64,000 nucleotides of DNA from Octopus vulgaris (Eukaryota). The notes beneath the pieces are model-generated. The model searched no databases. It was not told the origin of the DNA and saw nothing but the letters and a program-made list of their open reading frames with translations. This document shows, in pieces, positions 14,942-27,946 of this stretch (its first letter is position 1; every line of letters begins with the position of its first letter). Position numbers and translations under genes: made by a program. The stretch spans positions 3,596,001 through 3,660,000 of the forward strand of contig OX597842.1 in the NCBI GenBank assembly GCA_951406725.2, read 5' to 3'.

Positions 14942-16128
14942 TGCTTAGCCTGTGTATGAAGTGTTGCTTGAGGTGGTCGTGGATGGATTTGCTTGAAATG
15001 CCGCATGTTTGGGCATCAGGAATCAGTTCCTCAGCGATAAGCGACAACCTCTTCACAAGCACCATGGGCCAAAATTTTGATGTTTAGGTTCAGCAGCGTT
15101 ACGGGCCGAACATATTCTATTTATTCCCCCTTATTTGGGTCCTTTCTCAGCAGTGCCACCGCTCCTCCACTCACAGAACTAGGAAATCTCCCGTTCTGCT
15201 GCCAGTAGCTATCTGCTAAAAGGCCGTCAAAAAAAAGTCTGTCAGACCATCCAAACCAGGCGATTTACTCCTTGTGCAGCCCATCATCGCATCCCGTATT
15301 TCTGCAGCTGCTATCAGCCTTTCACAGCGCCCACCACCACTACCACCACCTGCCGAGAGCCGTGCCATGCCGTCGAGATAGGCACTTAAGTCCATCCTGC
15401 GTTCCGGACCGACATTCGTCTCAAAGAGCTGGACAAAGTGCCGCTGAAACGCCGCACAAATCTGCTCTGGCTCAAGTACCGTACGCCCACTTTGGTCCAC
15501 CAAAGACTGAACTGGGGCTTTGTCACTGGGACCCCTCGAGTGGCTTTAGTTCCCTCATTTGTTAGACAATGCATCCTTTGTGCTTAACCTTGAAGTATTG
15601 GTGCAGAATCAATCATGCCGCCAGCGCGTCGGTCGCAATGTCTCTTCTGAACACCTCTTCTAAATTCCTAACTAGGTTTCCCTCTATTATATTTTTTTCT
15701 ATCGCTAGTGCCTTGCTAAACCTAATCAATTCTATTGTTATTGCCCTTTTCAGGGCGTACTACCATTTGTTGTTGAGGATTAACCCACGTTAACGCCTGC
15801 TAATCCGGTCTCTGTAAGCTTATGTGTTCAGCTTCCAGTAACCGGGCCCCTGCCCACAAAGTCTATCTAAATCCACTGTACAGATCACAAATTTGTGGCC
15901 TGTGTAGCTGACAATTTTAAGGAGTCGACAACTTATACTATCCTTATCTATTGGCCTACAGAATATTCTATCCAGATACGCCCTGGATGACCCAATGCAG
16001 TTAGACCAGGGTCGATGCTGGCACATCCGGGAAATTCAGACAGTACCCGCCAGACAGTTGAAATCGTCCGAGCAGGTTTACGTGGCTTTTGCACCCACTT
16101 CTGCTATCCGCTAGTCCCACATGGTCCA
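14614..16128 (-). pseudogene. Tx1/L1-like LINE ORF2 remnant (AP endonuclease end through reverse transcriptase)
   Basis: YLDRIFC...GPGYWKLN (endonuclease end), SKSPGLDGL, VRVNGYLSEPFSIIRSVHQWCPL (VRQGCPL-like) and VSAY, truncated at the YADD position. Many frameshifts; (CA)n insertion at 14895-14940. Confidence 0.85.
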
Positions 16129-16373
16129 GACCTAATCCCTTTGTCTGTCCTTGTTTGTCCTCTCTGTGTTTAGCCCCTTGTGGGTAGTAAAGAAATAGGT
16201 ATTTCGCCCGTCGCTGCGCTGAGTTCAAATTACGCCGAGATCGACTTTACTTGAACACTGGAATCGATTTCATCCACTATCCTCCTCCCCCAAATTTCAG
16301 AATTATTATTATTATTATTATTATTATTGAGTGAGAGAGCAGTGCATGCCAGTCAAAGTAGTAGTATTATTAT

Positions 16374-16435
<62 letters not shown>

Positions 16436-17334
16436 TTGGTGGTGGTGGTGCAGGTGGTGTTGGTGGTGGTGGTGCAGGTAGTTGTAGGTGGTAGTAGTAG
16501 TGGTGGTGGTGATGGTGGTGGTGGTATGCAACGAAGAAAATGATGGGATTAAAATTTTCGCTTCGAAACAAGAAATGCCAGTCCATCAACCTTAAACCTT
16601 TTGGAAACATCTTTAAAAAAAGAACGCGGTGAAGGAGGAGGAGGGGGAGGAGGAGGAGGAGGAGGAGGTAGAAGAAGAAGAAGAAGAAGAAGAAGAAGAA
16701 GAAGAAGAAGAAGAAGAACAACAACAACAACAACAACAACAGTAGCAACAACAACTACAACAACTTAAATAAACCACTAAAGAATGGAACACTTTCCAAC
16801 TGGAACGGAATGTAAACAACATCTAAAACCTGAAACAGGATTTGTGGAGCAACAGACAAAACCAGGAACTCTCATTAACCATCTTCGAGATAACAACAAC
16901 ACGAATAATTTTGGTAAAAACAATTCATAAAACGCGAAATGGCATTAGAAATAACAGACCGAAACCAGAGCTCCGACTATAGGGGCAGGCGTCGCTGTGA
17001 GGTAAGAACCTGGCTTCCTACCTACAGGATTCCTCTGCTAAAGCCCTGGGCCGACCAAAGCATTGTGAGTGGATTTGGTAGATGGAAACTGAAAGAAACC
17101 CATCATTTATGTGTGTGCGTGCGTGTTTGATTCCCACCACTTCGTGACAACCTATGTTGGTGTGATTACGTACCCGTACTTAGCGGTTTGGTGAAAGATA
17201 CCGACAGAATAAGAATCAAGCTTAAAGAGGAAATAAGTACTGAGGGTCGATTTGCTCGACAAAAATTCCTCAAGATAGTGCCCCAGCATGGCCGCAGTCT
17301 AATGCTTGAAACAAGGGAAAGATAAAAGATATAT

Positions 17335-17504
17335 AGGAGTGGCTGTGTGGTAAGTAGCTTGCCTACCAACCACATGATCCCGGGTTCAGTCCCATTGCAT
17401 GGCAAGTGTCTTCTACTATAGCCCCGGGCCGACCAAAGCCTTGTTAGTGGATTTGGTAGACGGAAACTGAAAGAAGCCCATTGTATATATGTATATGTAT
17501 ATAC

Positions 17505-17540
<36 letters not shown>

Positions 17541-17690
17541 ATATATGTTTGTGTGTCTGTTTGCCCTCCCCCTAGCATCGCTTGACAACCGATGCTGGTG
17601 TACGTACGTCTCCGTAACTTAGCGGTTCGGCCTAAGAACCGACAGTATAAGTACTAGGCTTACAAAGTCAAATGACTGAAACAAGTAAAG
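17335..17690 (+). mobile_element. SINE family A (a more diverged copy precedes it at 16981-17320)
   Basis: Head GGAGTGGCTGTGTGGTAAGTAGCTTG, tail ATGACTGAAACAAGTAAA. Confidence 0.85.
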
Positions 17691-17899
17691 GGGAGTAAAA
17701 GATATATATAAATGGCGGTGCCCCAGCATGGCCACAGCTCGTGAGCTGAAACTAGATAAAATAAAATAAAATTAAAAAAATATATGTATGTATGTATGTA
17801 TGTGTGTATGTATGTAGGTATGTACGTATGTATTGATAGAAATGGTAAGATAACAAAAGAATGAAAGAGACTCCGATATTATGTAAATGAGAGGAATTT

Positions 17900-18013
17900 A
17901 TCTGTAAATATAATATGCGACACTTATTCAGTAGCCATGATAACACTCCGACATCCGAAACTCGGAGTTTTATCATGGCTACCGAATAATTGTCACATAT
18001 TACATTTACAGAT
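17900..18013. mobile_element. Short foldback element, same family as 20634-20900
   Basis: About 52-bp inverted arms around CATCCGAAAC; only the GAAAC/stem III half of the hammerhead remains. Confidence 0.7.
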
Positions 18014-18020
18014 GTATATA

Positions 18021-18074
<54 letters not shown>

Positions 18075-18305
18075 TATTTGCGTCCTTCATCTTTCATCTG
18101 TCATTGATGTGTGTGTGTGTGAGCGCGCGCATATAAATGGAAAGTGGAGATATCTAGAGGCTAAAAGCAGGCGACAAGCACTATCACGTGATATACAGAC
18201 ATTTGCATAGCTATCTCTGTTTTCTTTTATACACACACATATTCAGGCGTATGTATGTATACATATATATATATTTAAGAGGCAAGATGAAAGATGCAAA
18301 TACTC

Positions 18306-18341
<36 letters not shown>

Positions 18342-18396
18342 CAGGATACAAAAATATACATATATCGGTGTACGTACACTTTGGTCTCTGATATAC

Positions 18397-18466
<70 letters not shown>

Positions 18467-18549
18467 CATATATGTATGTATACATGTGTACAAAATACAG
18501 TTATACATATACGTGTATTTGTACGCTTTGTATATATATATATATATAT

Positions 18550-18610
<61 letters not shown>

Positions 18611-18637
18611 AGACCAAAGCGTGTGTGTCATATACAA

Positions 18638-18670
<33 letters not shown>

Positions 18671-19091
18671 TATACACATATATATATATGTGTATATATA
18701 TCTAGAGAAGGACTCAAATATCTATGTCGTGCAAATTACAGCTACTAAAACCCTGCTATAAATATCTGTAAGAGGACGTGGAAATTTTACGACTCCATGT
18801 TCACATATCAACTCCCTAGCCGCCGCCCCACCCACGACCACCACCGCAACCGCCGCCACCACCATCTGCCCACTCCGTTTCGTCCGCGCCACCATCCCCC
18901 TCCGCCGTCCTCAAAAGACTACAAAACCCCATCCCTAACCCCTAAACCACCCCTAATCCATACATCACCCTTTATTGAATGTCATTAATAAAACAAAAGC
19001 ATTCTTTGCAGACCCCTTAAATCTATTTTACTAAGTAGGGGAACACTTCTCTCTGCCCCCACCCCCCCAACCTCCATCACAAGTCAATGTT

Positions 19092-19580
19092 ATAGTAGTA
19101 GTAGTAGTAGTAGTAGTGGCGTTGGTAGTCGTCGTTGTCGTTCTACTGGTAGTGGTAGTGGTGGTAGCAGTATTTGTGTTGGGGGTTGTAGTAGAGGTGG
19201 TGACTCTAGGAGTAGTAGTAGCGGTGATGGTGGTTGATTGTGGCGGTGCTGGTAGTAGTGGTAGTAGTAGTAGCAGCTGCAGTAGTAGTAGTAGTAGTAG
19301 TAGTAGTAGCAGTCGGAGTAGTAGTAGTAGTAGTTGTAGTAGTAGTAGTAGTGGTGGTGGTGGTAGTAGTAGAGGTGATGTTTTGGTGGTCCAGTTATAG
19401 TAGTAGTAGTAGCGGCAGTAGTGGTAATGATAGTAGTATTGGTAGTTGTAGTAGTATTTGTAGTAGTTGCTGTAGTAGCGGTAGTAGTGGAGGTGATAGT
19501 AGTGGTAGTTGTAGTAGTAGTAGTACTACTACTAGTAGTAGTACTACTACTAGTAGTAGTAGTGCTGGTAGTGGTAGTCG
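19092..19580. repeat. Compound (AGT/GGT)n microsatellite
   Basis: Direct reading. Confidence 0.9.
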
Positions 19581-20035
19581 TTTTTGCTAGTATTTAGCTC
19601 TAGGTCACCGCAAGATTTTTTCAGATGTACTACCGTCAAAAGACGTTCCATGCGTGACCACCCTCTATAGTTTTCCTTTCTGACCATAGTATATTTAAGA
19701 TTGTATTAATTAAGGTATAGTATAGTAGTTAGTATTCGGTTTTATAGCTGCTACTGTTGTTTAGCCCATGGTCAGTGCTGATCCAGTAACCGATGATCAA
19801 AGAAATTCCGGCAATGACCATACCGTCTTTTCTTCAGTCATAGTATATCTAAGGCTACATTACCCAATGTTTAGTATAGTAGCTAAAATTAGTGATTATA
19901 GTTGCCGATATATATTCAGGTAATTAATGATCAAGACGTTCCAACTATGGCCATCTCACTAATGTAGGAGAAAGGGTGCGACTACGAATAGAATTTAGTA
20001 ACTTTTTTCGGAAGTGTATATATATATATATATAT

Positions 20036-20463
20036 ATAATCAAAATAAACAACAAGGATATCCAGAGGTAATGCAGTACGATCGTTTCATGCGACTTCAT
20101 TTAATTGAACAATGCAAACATTACATCAATTTAAAATGTAGAGCAATCTTCAGCTGCATAAAAATATAGAATTTAGTTAAATTCGAAGGACTCATTTGTA
20201 TAATTTTTATCCAAAATCACCAAGAGGATAAGGAGATAGACAAAGATAAAAATTATACAAGTGAGTCCTTCGAATTTAACTAAATTCTATATTTTTATGC
20301 AGCTGAAGATTGCTCTACATTTTAAATACTAGCAAAAACGACTACCACTACCAGCACTACTACTATTACTACTACTACTACCACTACCACTACTACTACT
20401 ACTACTACTATAACATTGACTTCCATTACCTCTGGATATCCTTGTTGATTGTTTTGATTATAA
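20036..20463. mobile_element. Foldback element between (TA)n tracts, with a hammerhead in the left arm
   Basis: 20129-20212 is inverted at 20244-20328, and 20036-20073 is inverted at 20424-20463. Confidence 0.8.
20071..20159 (-). ncRNA. Type-I hammerhead ribozyme candidate
   Basis: Minus strand ATGCAG-CTGAAGA-[long stem II]-GAAAC-GATC-GT-A-CTGCAT: 6-bp stem I, palindromic stem III ACGATCGT, GUA cleavage triplet. Confidence 0.7.
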
Positions 20464-20556
20464 TCACCTTATTTTGAATTACATGGATAATACCATACCA
20501 AATTCTGGTGCCTTTAACTTAAGTACCATATTCATCTGAATCTAAATTTTACTGAA

Positions 20557-20606
<50 letters not shown>

Positions 20607-20633
20607 CATGTGTGCGTGTGTGTGTGTGTGTGT

Positions 20634-20900
20634 GTAAAATAATATGTGACAATTATTTGGTTGCCATAATATAACTCCGAGTTTCGGATGTCAGGGTGGA
20701 AATCTGCTCCGGCATCTCGTCAGTTATTAAGACAATCAAAAGATGTCGTAATAACTGACGAGATGCCAGAGCAGATTTCCGCCCCGACATCCAAAACTTG
20801 GAGTTTTATTATGGCTACCGAATAATTGTCACATATTTTACAGATAAATTCCTCTATTTACATAATATCGAGGTCTCATTCATTCTTTTGTTGTCATACT
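20634..20900. mobile_element. Foldback element with paired hammerhead motifs
   Basis: Arms 20636-20728 and 20749-20841. TAATAA-CTGACGA-GATG...CATC-C-(G/A)AAAC-TYGGA-GT-T-TTATTA occurs at 20749-20811 (+) and 20670-20728 (-). Confidence 0.75.
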
Positions 20901-20930
20901 TTTACTATTAATAATTAAGATATATATATA

Positions 20931-21148
20931 CGTGGAGGTGCTGAAAAGTTTCTGGTTTTAAGGATATCGTCAACGGCTTGGTTGAGGGGGCCAACCATCC
21001 GAGTTCCTTTACAGGGTTCAGAAAAACTGAAGGACCGCCGGAACAAGTGTGTGAATCTAAGAGGGGAATATGTTGAATAAAATCCTAATTAATCGATCCT
21101 CCTGTATTTTCTTTTACCCAAAGATAGGGACTTTTTCAACACCCGTCG
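20931..21148 (+). mobile_element. Mariner-derived MITE
   Basis: TA-flanked imperfect TIRs (CGTGGAGGTGCTGAAAAGT / ACTTTTTCAACACCCGTCG); encodes KLKDRRNKCVNLRGEYVE*. Inverted second copy at 23368-23584. Confidence 0.8.
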
Positions 21149-21174
21149 TACATATATGCACATTATTATTATTT

Positions 21175-21472
21175 ATTATTTTATCTAGTTTCAGCTCACG
21201 AGCTGTGGCCATGCTGGGGCACCGCCATTTGGTGTTGCTACATGATTTTACTTCACGAATGCTTTTTAGCAATTGCCATTTGGTGCATGAGAAAGTTCGA
21301 TGCAGCTGCCCTCATCTGCACCTCCTGCCGTGAAGTTGGTTCATCTGGAACACCTGACAAGAAGAGATCCAGTTTTATTTTAAAGACATCTGCAGCCACC
21401 CCATGCAAGTCGTCTCTCAGGTTCTTTGGGAGGATATTGAAGAGCTGTGGGCCTCTGAAGCCCAGAGATTCT
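21175..21472 (-). pseudogene. CR1/L2-like LINE 3' end with tail
   Basis: SLGFRGPQLFNILPKNLRD...VFKIKLDLFLSGVPDEPT...RAAASN, then tail ATGGCGGTGCCCCAGCATGGCCACAGCTCGTGAGCTGAAACTAGATAAAATAA. Confidence 0.8.
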
Positions 21473-21587
21473 ACTAAAAAAAGCAACAAAAAAAAATCCT
21501 TGTAGAATGCTGTGCAAAGAGCATCCACGTTTTTTAAACTGTGTGAATGGTAAAAGTATATAGCGAGAAACTTGTTTAAACAGATAC

Positions 21588-21670
21588 CTGAAGAGATGCA
21601 TTCTACACCTGTGATGTGAGAAGCTTACCTGTGAACTACAGGTGTGAGAATGCGTCGAAACAATTGTAGC
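21588..21670 (+). ncRNA. Hammerhead-like motif with a long stem II
   Basis: CTGAAGA-GATGCATTCTACACCTGTG...TACAGGTGTGAGAATGCGTC-GAAAC-AATT-GT-A; palindromic stem III, weak stem I. Confidence 0.6.
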
Positions 21671-22518
21671 AGTTTTGAAGGAAGAATTTCGTAATTCTAT
21701 TTACTGACGTTTATCTACACACAGACGCACACGCACACTCACGCACACATACATATACGTATGTCGCTGTACATATATTAATCTCGCTCTCTCTTACCCT
21801 ATATATATATACATATGTATATAATATACATATGCATATATATGCATATGTATATTATATACATATGCATATACATACATACATACATTACATACACACA
21901 ACTATTTGTGTAGAATTTTGTAATTTAAGTATAAGAGTGTGTATGAATATATGTATATATCCGTGTATTATACATACCCATAATATAACTCACACACACA
22001 CACAAATATATATATATATATAGAGAGAGAGAGACAGAGAGAGTGATGTGTATATATATATATATATACACACATATACATATATACATACTCATATATA
22101 TATATATATATGTGTGTATGTGTGTGAGTACACACACACACACACTGTCAAAATTTATTAGAGCTTACAAAGAACAAAAAAGGAGGTTCTGTTTGTTGTA
22201 ATGGGGTGCCATCTTGGTAAAGATCAAAGCGATCAGGGATCTGATTGAAGATGTGACCTTTGAATTGTTCTACAGTCTGCTGTTGCCATAAACAGGAGAC
22301 GGGAACATAACAGACCCATGTCTCGTAAAGGGGTCAGGTGCCGGCGTGTGTATATGTGTATGGAGGTGTGCAGAGGTGTATGTATCCATACATATATATA
22401 TATATATGTGTGTTTATATATATATACGTTATATATATACATGTGTGTATGATATAAATACATAGATGTATATATATTAGAACTATGTATATACACATAT
22501 TTATATACTTATATAATT

Positions 22519-22591
<73 letters not shown>

Positions 22592-23244
22592 GTACATGCA
22601 CACGCTCATGCAAAATAGAGGTGCGCGCACACGCGTGTGTGAGTGTGTCTGTCGCAATGTGTGTTCCGGTATATGCTTACGTGTCAGATCCATGTAACAA
22701 AGAGGTGTCTTTTAACACAATCACCTGTGTCACTTCGTGCATTTAAAATCATATTTTGAAAGAATTCAATTTTCACTTCGCCGAATATTAACCGTTTTTT
22801 ACGTCAATAATTCCTACACACAAACACACACACAAAGACCGTGACAAAGCCCACCAAAATCACACATACATACATACATACAGGTGGTGATCAAGTATGT
22901 GTGGTAAGAAGCTTACATCCCAACCACATGGTTCCAGGTTCAGTACCACTGAGTGGCACCATGGGTACATATATATATACATATATAAGCAATAACAAAT
23001 CTCTGAACGATGTATAAACACTAAGGGTGGGTGTTACTGTAGCTTGTAGCTCCAGGAGAACATCATCTCCAGCTGGCTTTAGGCACACTTTCTGTGCCCT
23101 TATGGTATTTGCAAAGGGAGGTCACCCTTCCCTCATCAACCTAAGTCATACGCACGGACTGCAGTTTCTAGGTATTGACCTGTCTTCAGCGTACGACAAT
23201 CACCGGTTTTCGATGAAAGGGTTCCAATGCAAATATTTATATCG

Positions 23245-23296
<52 letters not shown>

Positions 23297-23322
23297 TTAC
23301 ACAAACACACACACACACACAC

Positions 23323-23355
<33 letters not shown>

Positions 23356-23367
23356 CATGCACACACA

Positions 23368-23584
23368 CGAGACTGTGCTAATAAATTTGGGCTTTGGGTA
23401 AAAGAACATACAAGAGGATCTGTTAATTATAATTCTATTCGGCATATTCCCTCTTAGAGTCACACACTTACTGCAGCCGCCCTTCATTTTCTTTCCAAAC
23501 CCTATAAAAGAATTCGGAAGAGTGGGACTCCAACCAGGCTTTTCGCGACACCCTTAAAGCCAAGAACTTTTCAGAACTCCTTCG
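23368..23584 (-). mobile_element. Mariner-derived MITE, second copy
   Basis: Diverged reverse complement of 20931-21148. Confidence 0.7.
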
Positions 23585-24017
23585 TATATATGTATCGGCA
23601 GACGATAATTGTATCGAAATTTCTCTCTTTACCTGAAACCATTGGTAGCGTTGCTAATCCACTAATAAAGAATATTTATTCACCAATGTGGTTTTGAGCA
23701 CCCATTCTCACAGTTCGATGTTAGCATCTTACAGCCATTACGTTTGTTCTTAGACCATTGTTTTGAAATCATGGTCTTGTCATTTAGAAATCGTACGAAT
23801 TGCGCGAACCATCTAGACACCGGTAAATCTTTTCGGATATTCGGATGGCTTTAATTCCTCCAGGACAACTAAGATGGATAGAATGATTGATAGATAGATA
23901 GATACATCATAGATATGTATGTACGTATAAACGTGACTATTTCTTTCTCTTTCTCGGTGTATACACCTGTGTATGCGTATTTGTGCGTGTATGTGTGTGT
24001 GTTTGTATGTACGTATG

Positions 24018-24300
<283 letters not shown>

Positions 24301-24377
24301 ACATATATATATATATATATTTCTGCATACATAAGTGTGCGTGTGTAAAAAGAATATATATATAGATATATAATTTA

Positions 24378-24752
24378 AAATGAGGGTGAGAAATTAGATA
24401 TTAATTTAATTAACATCGATTTCACACCAGTGGTCTAGCATATAAAAAAACTGAAGGTTCAGTGAAATCGTATTATATACATATTAGAGGGAAACCACTA
24501 TGTGGACACCCACATGCTAGAAATAGATACGCTATGGTCTAACCACTAAGAAATGTTCTCAAGAAAAATTTAGCAAAACAACCAAAACGTAATCGAGTAA
24601 GACAAAATAATTTTTATTACATTTTTCTTTTGTTTAGCTCGATTACGTTTTTGGTTGTTTTAAATTTTTCTTGAGAACATTTCTTAGTGGTGAGACCGAA
24701 GCGGATCTATTTCTAGCGTAAGGGTGTCCACATAGTGGTTTCCCTCTAATAT
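24378..24752. mobile_element. Foldback element without a hammerhead core
   Basis: 24481-24600 is inverted at ~24635-24752; the left side abuts a TA-rich tract. Confidence 0.75.
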
Positions 24753-24945
24753 ATTTATAAACATATACATACACACACACACACACGCACAACCACGCAT
24801 ACACACGCATATATATCTATATACATATATTAGATGGGCTTCTTTCAGTTTCCGTCTACCAAATCCACTCACAAGGCTTTGGTTGGTCCGAGGCTATAGT
24901 AGAGACACTTGCCCAAGATGCCCACCACACAGTCATTCCTGCGCC

Positions 24946-24976
<31 letters not shown>

Positions 24977-25093
24977 AAATAATAAATAAAACATATGCAT
25001 ATATACATGCATCTATGGGTATATGGTAAGCATACCTACATCTATATATATATATATATATACATACACGCACGCACATATCTGTATATATTT

Positions 25094-25157
<64 letters not shown>

Positions 25158-25419
25158 ATGTATGTATGTATGTACGCATATATTCAGGTCTGTCTGTCTG
25201 TCTGCGGCGCCCACTCATATATCTGTCCATCAACATCCGTTAATATACGTCAACCAATTTTAAAAGGTTCGCCGGGACCCTTCTGTCCCCTACCCGATCC
25301 CAGTTTTGTGGGGGTCAGATTACGAGCATGTGTTAAACAAGTATTTTATAGTACATAGCTATGTCCTTTATTACTGCTTTCATGGGTCCTGTGCCGGTGA
25401 ATGCTAGTTATGGTTGCGT

Positions 25420-26560
25420 GGTGGTGGTGGTGGTGGTGGTGTAGTGATGGTGGTGGTGGTTGTGGTGGTGGTGGTGGTGGTGGTGGTGGTCGTGGTGGTG
25501 GTGTTGGTGGTGGTCGTGGTGGTGGTGATGGTGGTGGTGGTGGTGATGAACGTCGCTGACGTCGTCGGCGGGGACGACGGTATCTGATGGTCTTGGTTGC
25601 TGTGGTACTGGTGATGGTATTGGTGGTGATAGTGATGGTGACGGTGAAGGTGGTGGTGGTAGTATTGGTGATGGTGGTGATAGTGGTAGTGGTGGTGTTT
25701 ACGATGATAATGGCGTTGCTGGTGGTTGTGGTGGTGGTTGTGGTGGTGGTGGTTGTGGTGGTTGTGGTGGTGGTGGTGGTGGTTGTGGTGGTGGTGGTGG
25801 TGGTGGTGGTTGTGGTGGTAGTGTTGGTGATGGCGGTGATAGTAGCGGTAGTGGTAGTGTTTACGATGCTAATGGCGCTGGTAGTGGTTGTGGTGGTGGT
25901 GGTGGGGGGGGGGGTTGTGGTGGTAGTGTTGGTGATGGTGGTGATAGTCGTGGTAGTGGTGGTGTTTACGATGTTAATGGCGCTGCTGGTGGTTGTGGTG
26001 ATACTGATAAAGATGACGGTGGATTTGATAATGGCAGTGCTGGTGATGATGATGATATTGATGTTATTGGTAGTGATGATGGTGTTGGCGATGGTATGGT
26101 GGTGCTGATGGTGGTGGTGGTGGTGGGGGGATAGTAGTGATGGTGATGTTGGTGGTGGCGGTGGTGGTGATGGTGGTGGTGGTGGTGGTGGTGATGGTGG
26201 TTTTGATGATGACTGGTAGTGATGATGATATTGATGGCGATGGTGGTTGTGATGGTAACGGTGATGGTGATGATGACGATTGTACTGGTGCTGCTGCTGC
26301 TGATGATGATGATGGTGTTGTCTTAACGTTGGCGAAGCTGAAATAGTTTAAGCGATGGTTGTGGTGGTGTTAATGATGATTGTAGTTGTTGTGGTAGTGG
26401 TTATAGTGAGGGTGGTGTTGATGGTGGTAGGCAACTGGTTAGTAATTGCTTTAATGGTAGTAAAGATCATAGTAGTGTAGGTGGCAGTTGTAGTCGTACA
26501 GGTGGTGGTGATAGTGGTGGTGGTGATGATGATGATGTGATGCTGTGATGATGACAGTTG
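25420..26560. repeat. (GGT/GAT)n degenerate trinucleotide tract
   Basis: Direct reading. Confidence 0.9.
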
Positions 26561-26579
26561 TGGCGGAGGTGCCCAACCG

Positions 26580-27946
26580 GGGCTGGTTTGACGATGTGTG
26601 CTAGTTTGTTTTCGTCCCCGTAACTTAGCGGTACGATAAATTCTTATCGATAGAATAAGTACGAGGCTTAACAATCAAATACTGGGGTTATTTGATGAAA
26701 ACTCTTTAAGACAGTGCCCCAGCATGGCCGCAATACAATGACTGTGTGTGAGTATGCGTGTTTGCCTCCGTGTGTGTGTGTGTGTACATGCATACATCTA
26801 TCTATATAAATAACGGAACTTTGAAGATGTACACATAACAGTGTGCAGATTTTGTAGCCGAAACGTGCGTAGGCCCAAACAAGAATGCCGTAAATAAATG
26901 TATAATAAAACTGAACCCGGAACCATGTGGTTCGTAAGTTAGCTATGTGGTAAGTAGCTTGCTTGCTTACCAACAACATGGTTCCGGGTTCAGGCCCACT
27001 ACGTGGCACCTTGGGCAAGTATCTTCTACTATAGCCTCGGGCCGACCAAAGCCTTGTGAGTGGATTTGGTAGACGGAAACTGTAAAATAATATGTGACAA
27101 TTATTCGGTAGCCAAGATAAAACCCTGAGTTTCTTCAAGAAATACCAGATAAGCCACCCATAATTGGATACAACTAAATCAACAAGAACTCCGCACTGGA
27201 ATGGGCCATGATACGGCAAAACTTGATTTAAAAATTATTTAGCAAATCCTATCAGGTGGTGCTTTTAAGTTAAACATAGCCTGGACGAATCTTTGGTTGA
27301 AATATATTCTAAGTTATCTAAATTATATGGGTGTATATGTGTGTGCCTACTTTTATTCTTTTATACATTTCAACCCTAAGCGTGCCTACCGACCGCATGG
27401 TTCCGGGTTCAGTCCCACTGTGTGGCACCTTGGGTAGGTGTCTTCTACTACAGCCTCAGGCCGACTAAAGCCTTGTGAGTGGATTTGGTAGACGGAAACT
27501 GAAAGAAGCCCGTCGTATATATGTATATATATATATGCGTGTGTGTGTTTGTGTATCTGTATTTGTCCCCCTAGCATTGCTTGACAACCGATGCTGGTGT
27601 GTTTACGTCCCTGTAACTTTGCGGTTCGGCAAAAGGGACCGATAGAATAAGTACTAGGCTAACAAAGAATAAGTCCTGAGGTCGATTTGCTCGACTAAAG
27701 GCAGTGCTCAAATGACTAAAACAAGTAAGAGTAAAAAGAGTATATATATATATATTTGATATATATATATATATATATATATACGATGGGCTTCTGTCAG
27801 TTCTGTCAACCAAATCCACTCACAAGACTCTGGTAGACCCGAGGTTATAGCCAAAGACCCTTGCCCAAGGTATCACGAAGTGGGGCTGAACTGAAGACTA
27901 CATGGTTGACAAGGAATCTTCCTAACCATACACTCACACCCGCGCC
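26580..27946. mobile_element. Cluster of SINE family A copies and fragments
   Basis: Tail 26580-26742 (+), head 26944-27082 (+), near-full 27385-27735 (+), head 27783-27946 (-). Confidence 0.8.

Noticed and set aside
18932-18957. CCCTAA telomere-like units
   Set aside because: Only two or three degenerate units within a C-rich stretch.
21595-21657. Pre-miRNA-sized hairpin
   Set aside because: It is bracketed exactly by CTGAAGA and GAAAC, so stem II of a hammerhead explains it better; no recognised miRNA sequence.
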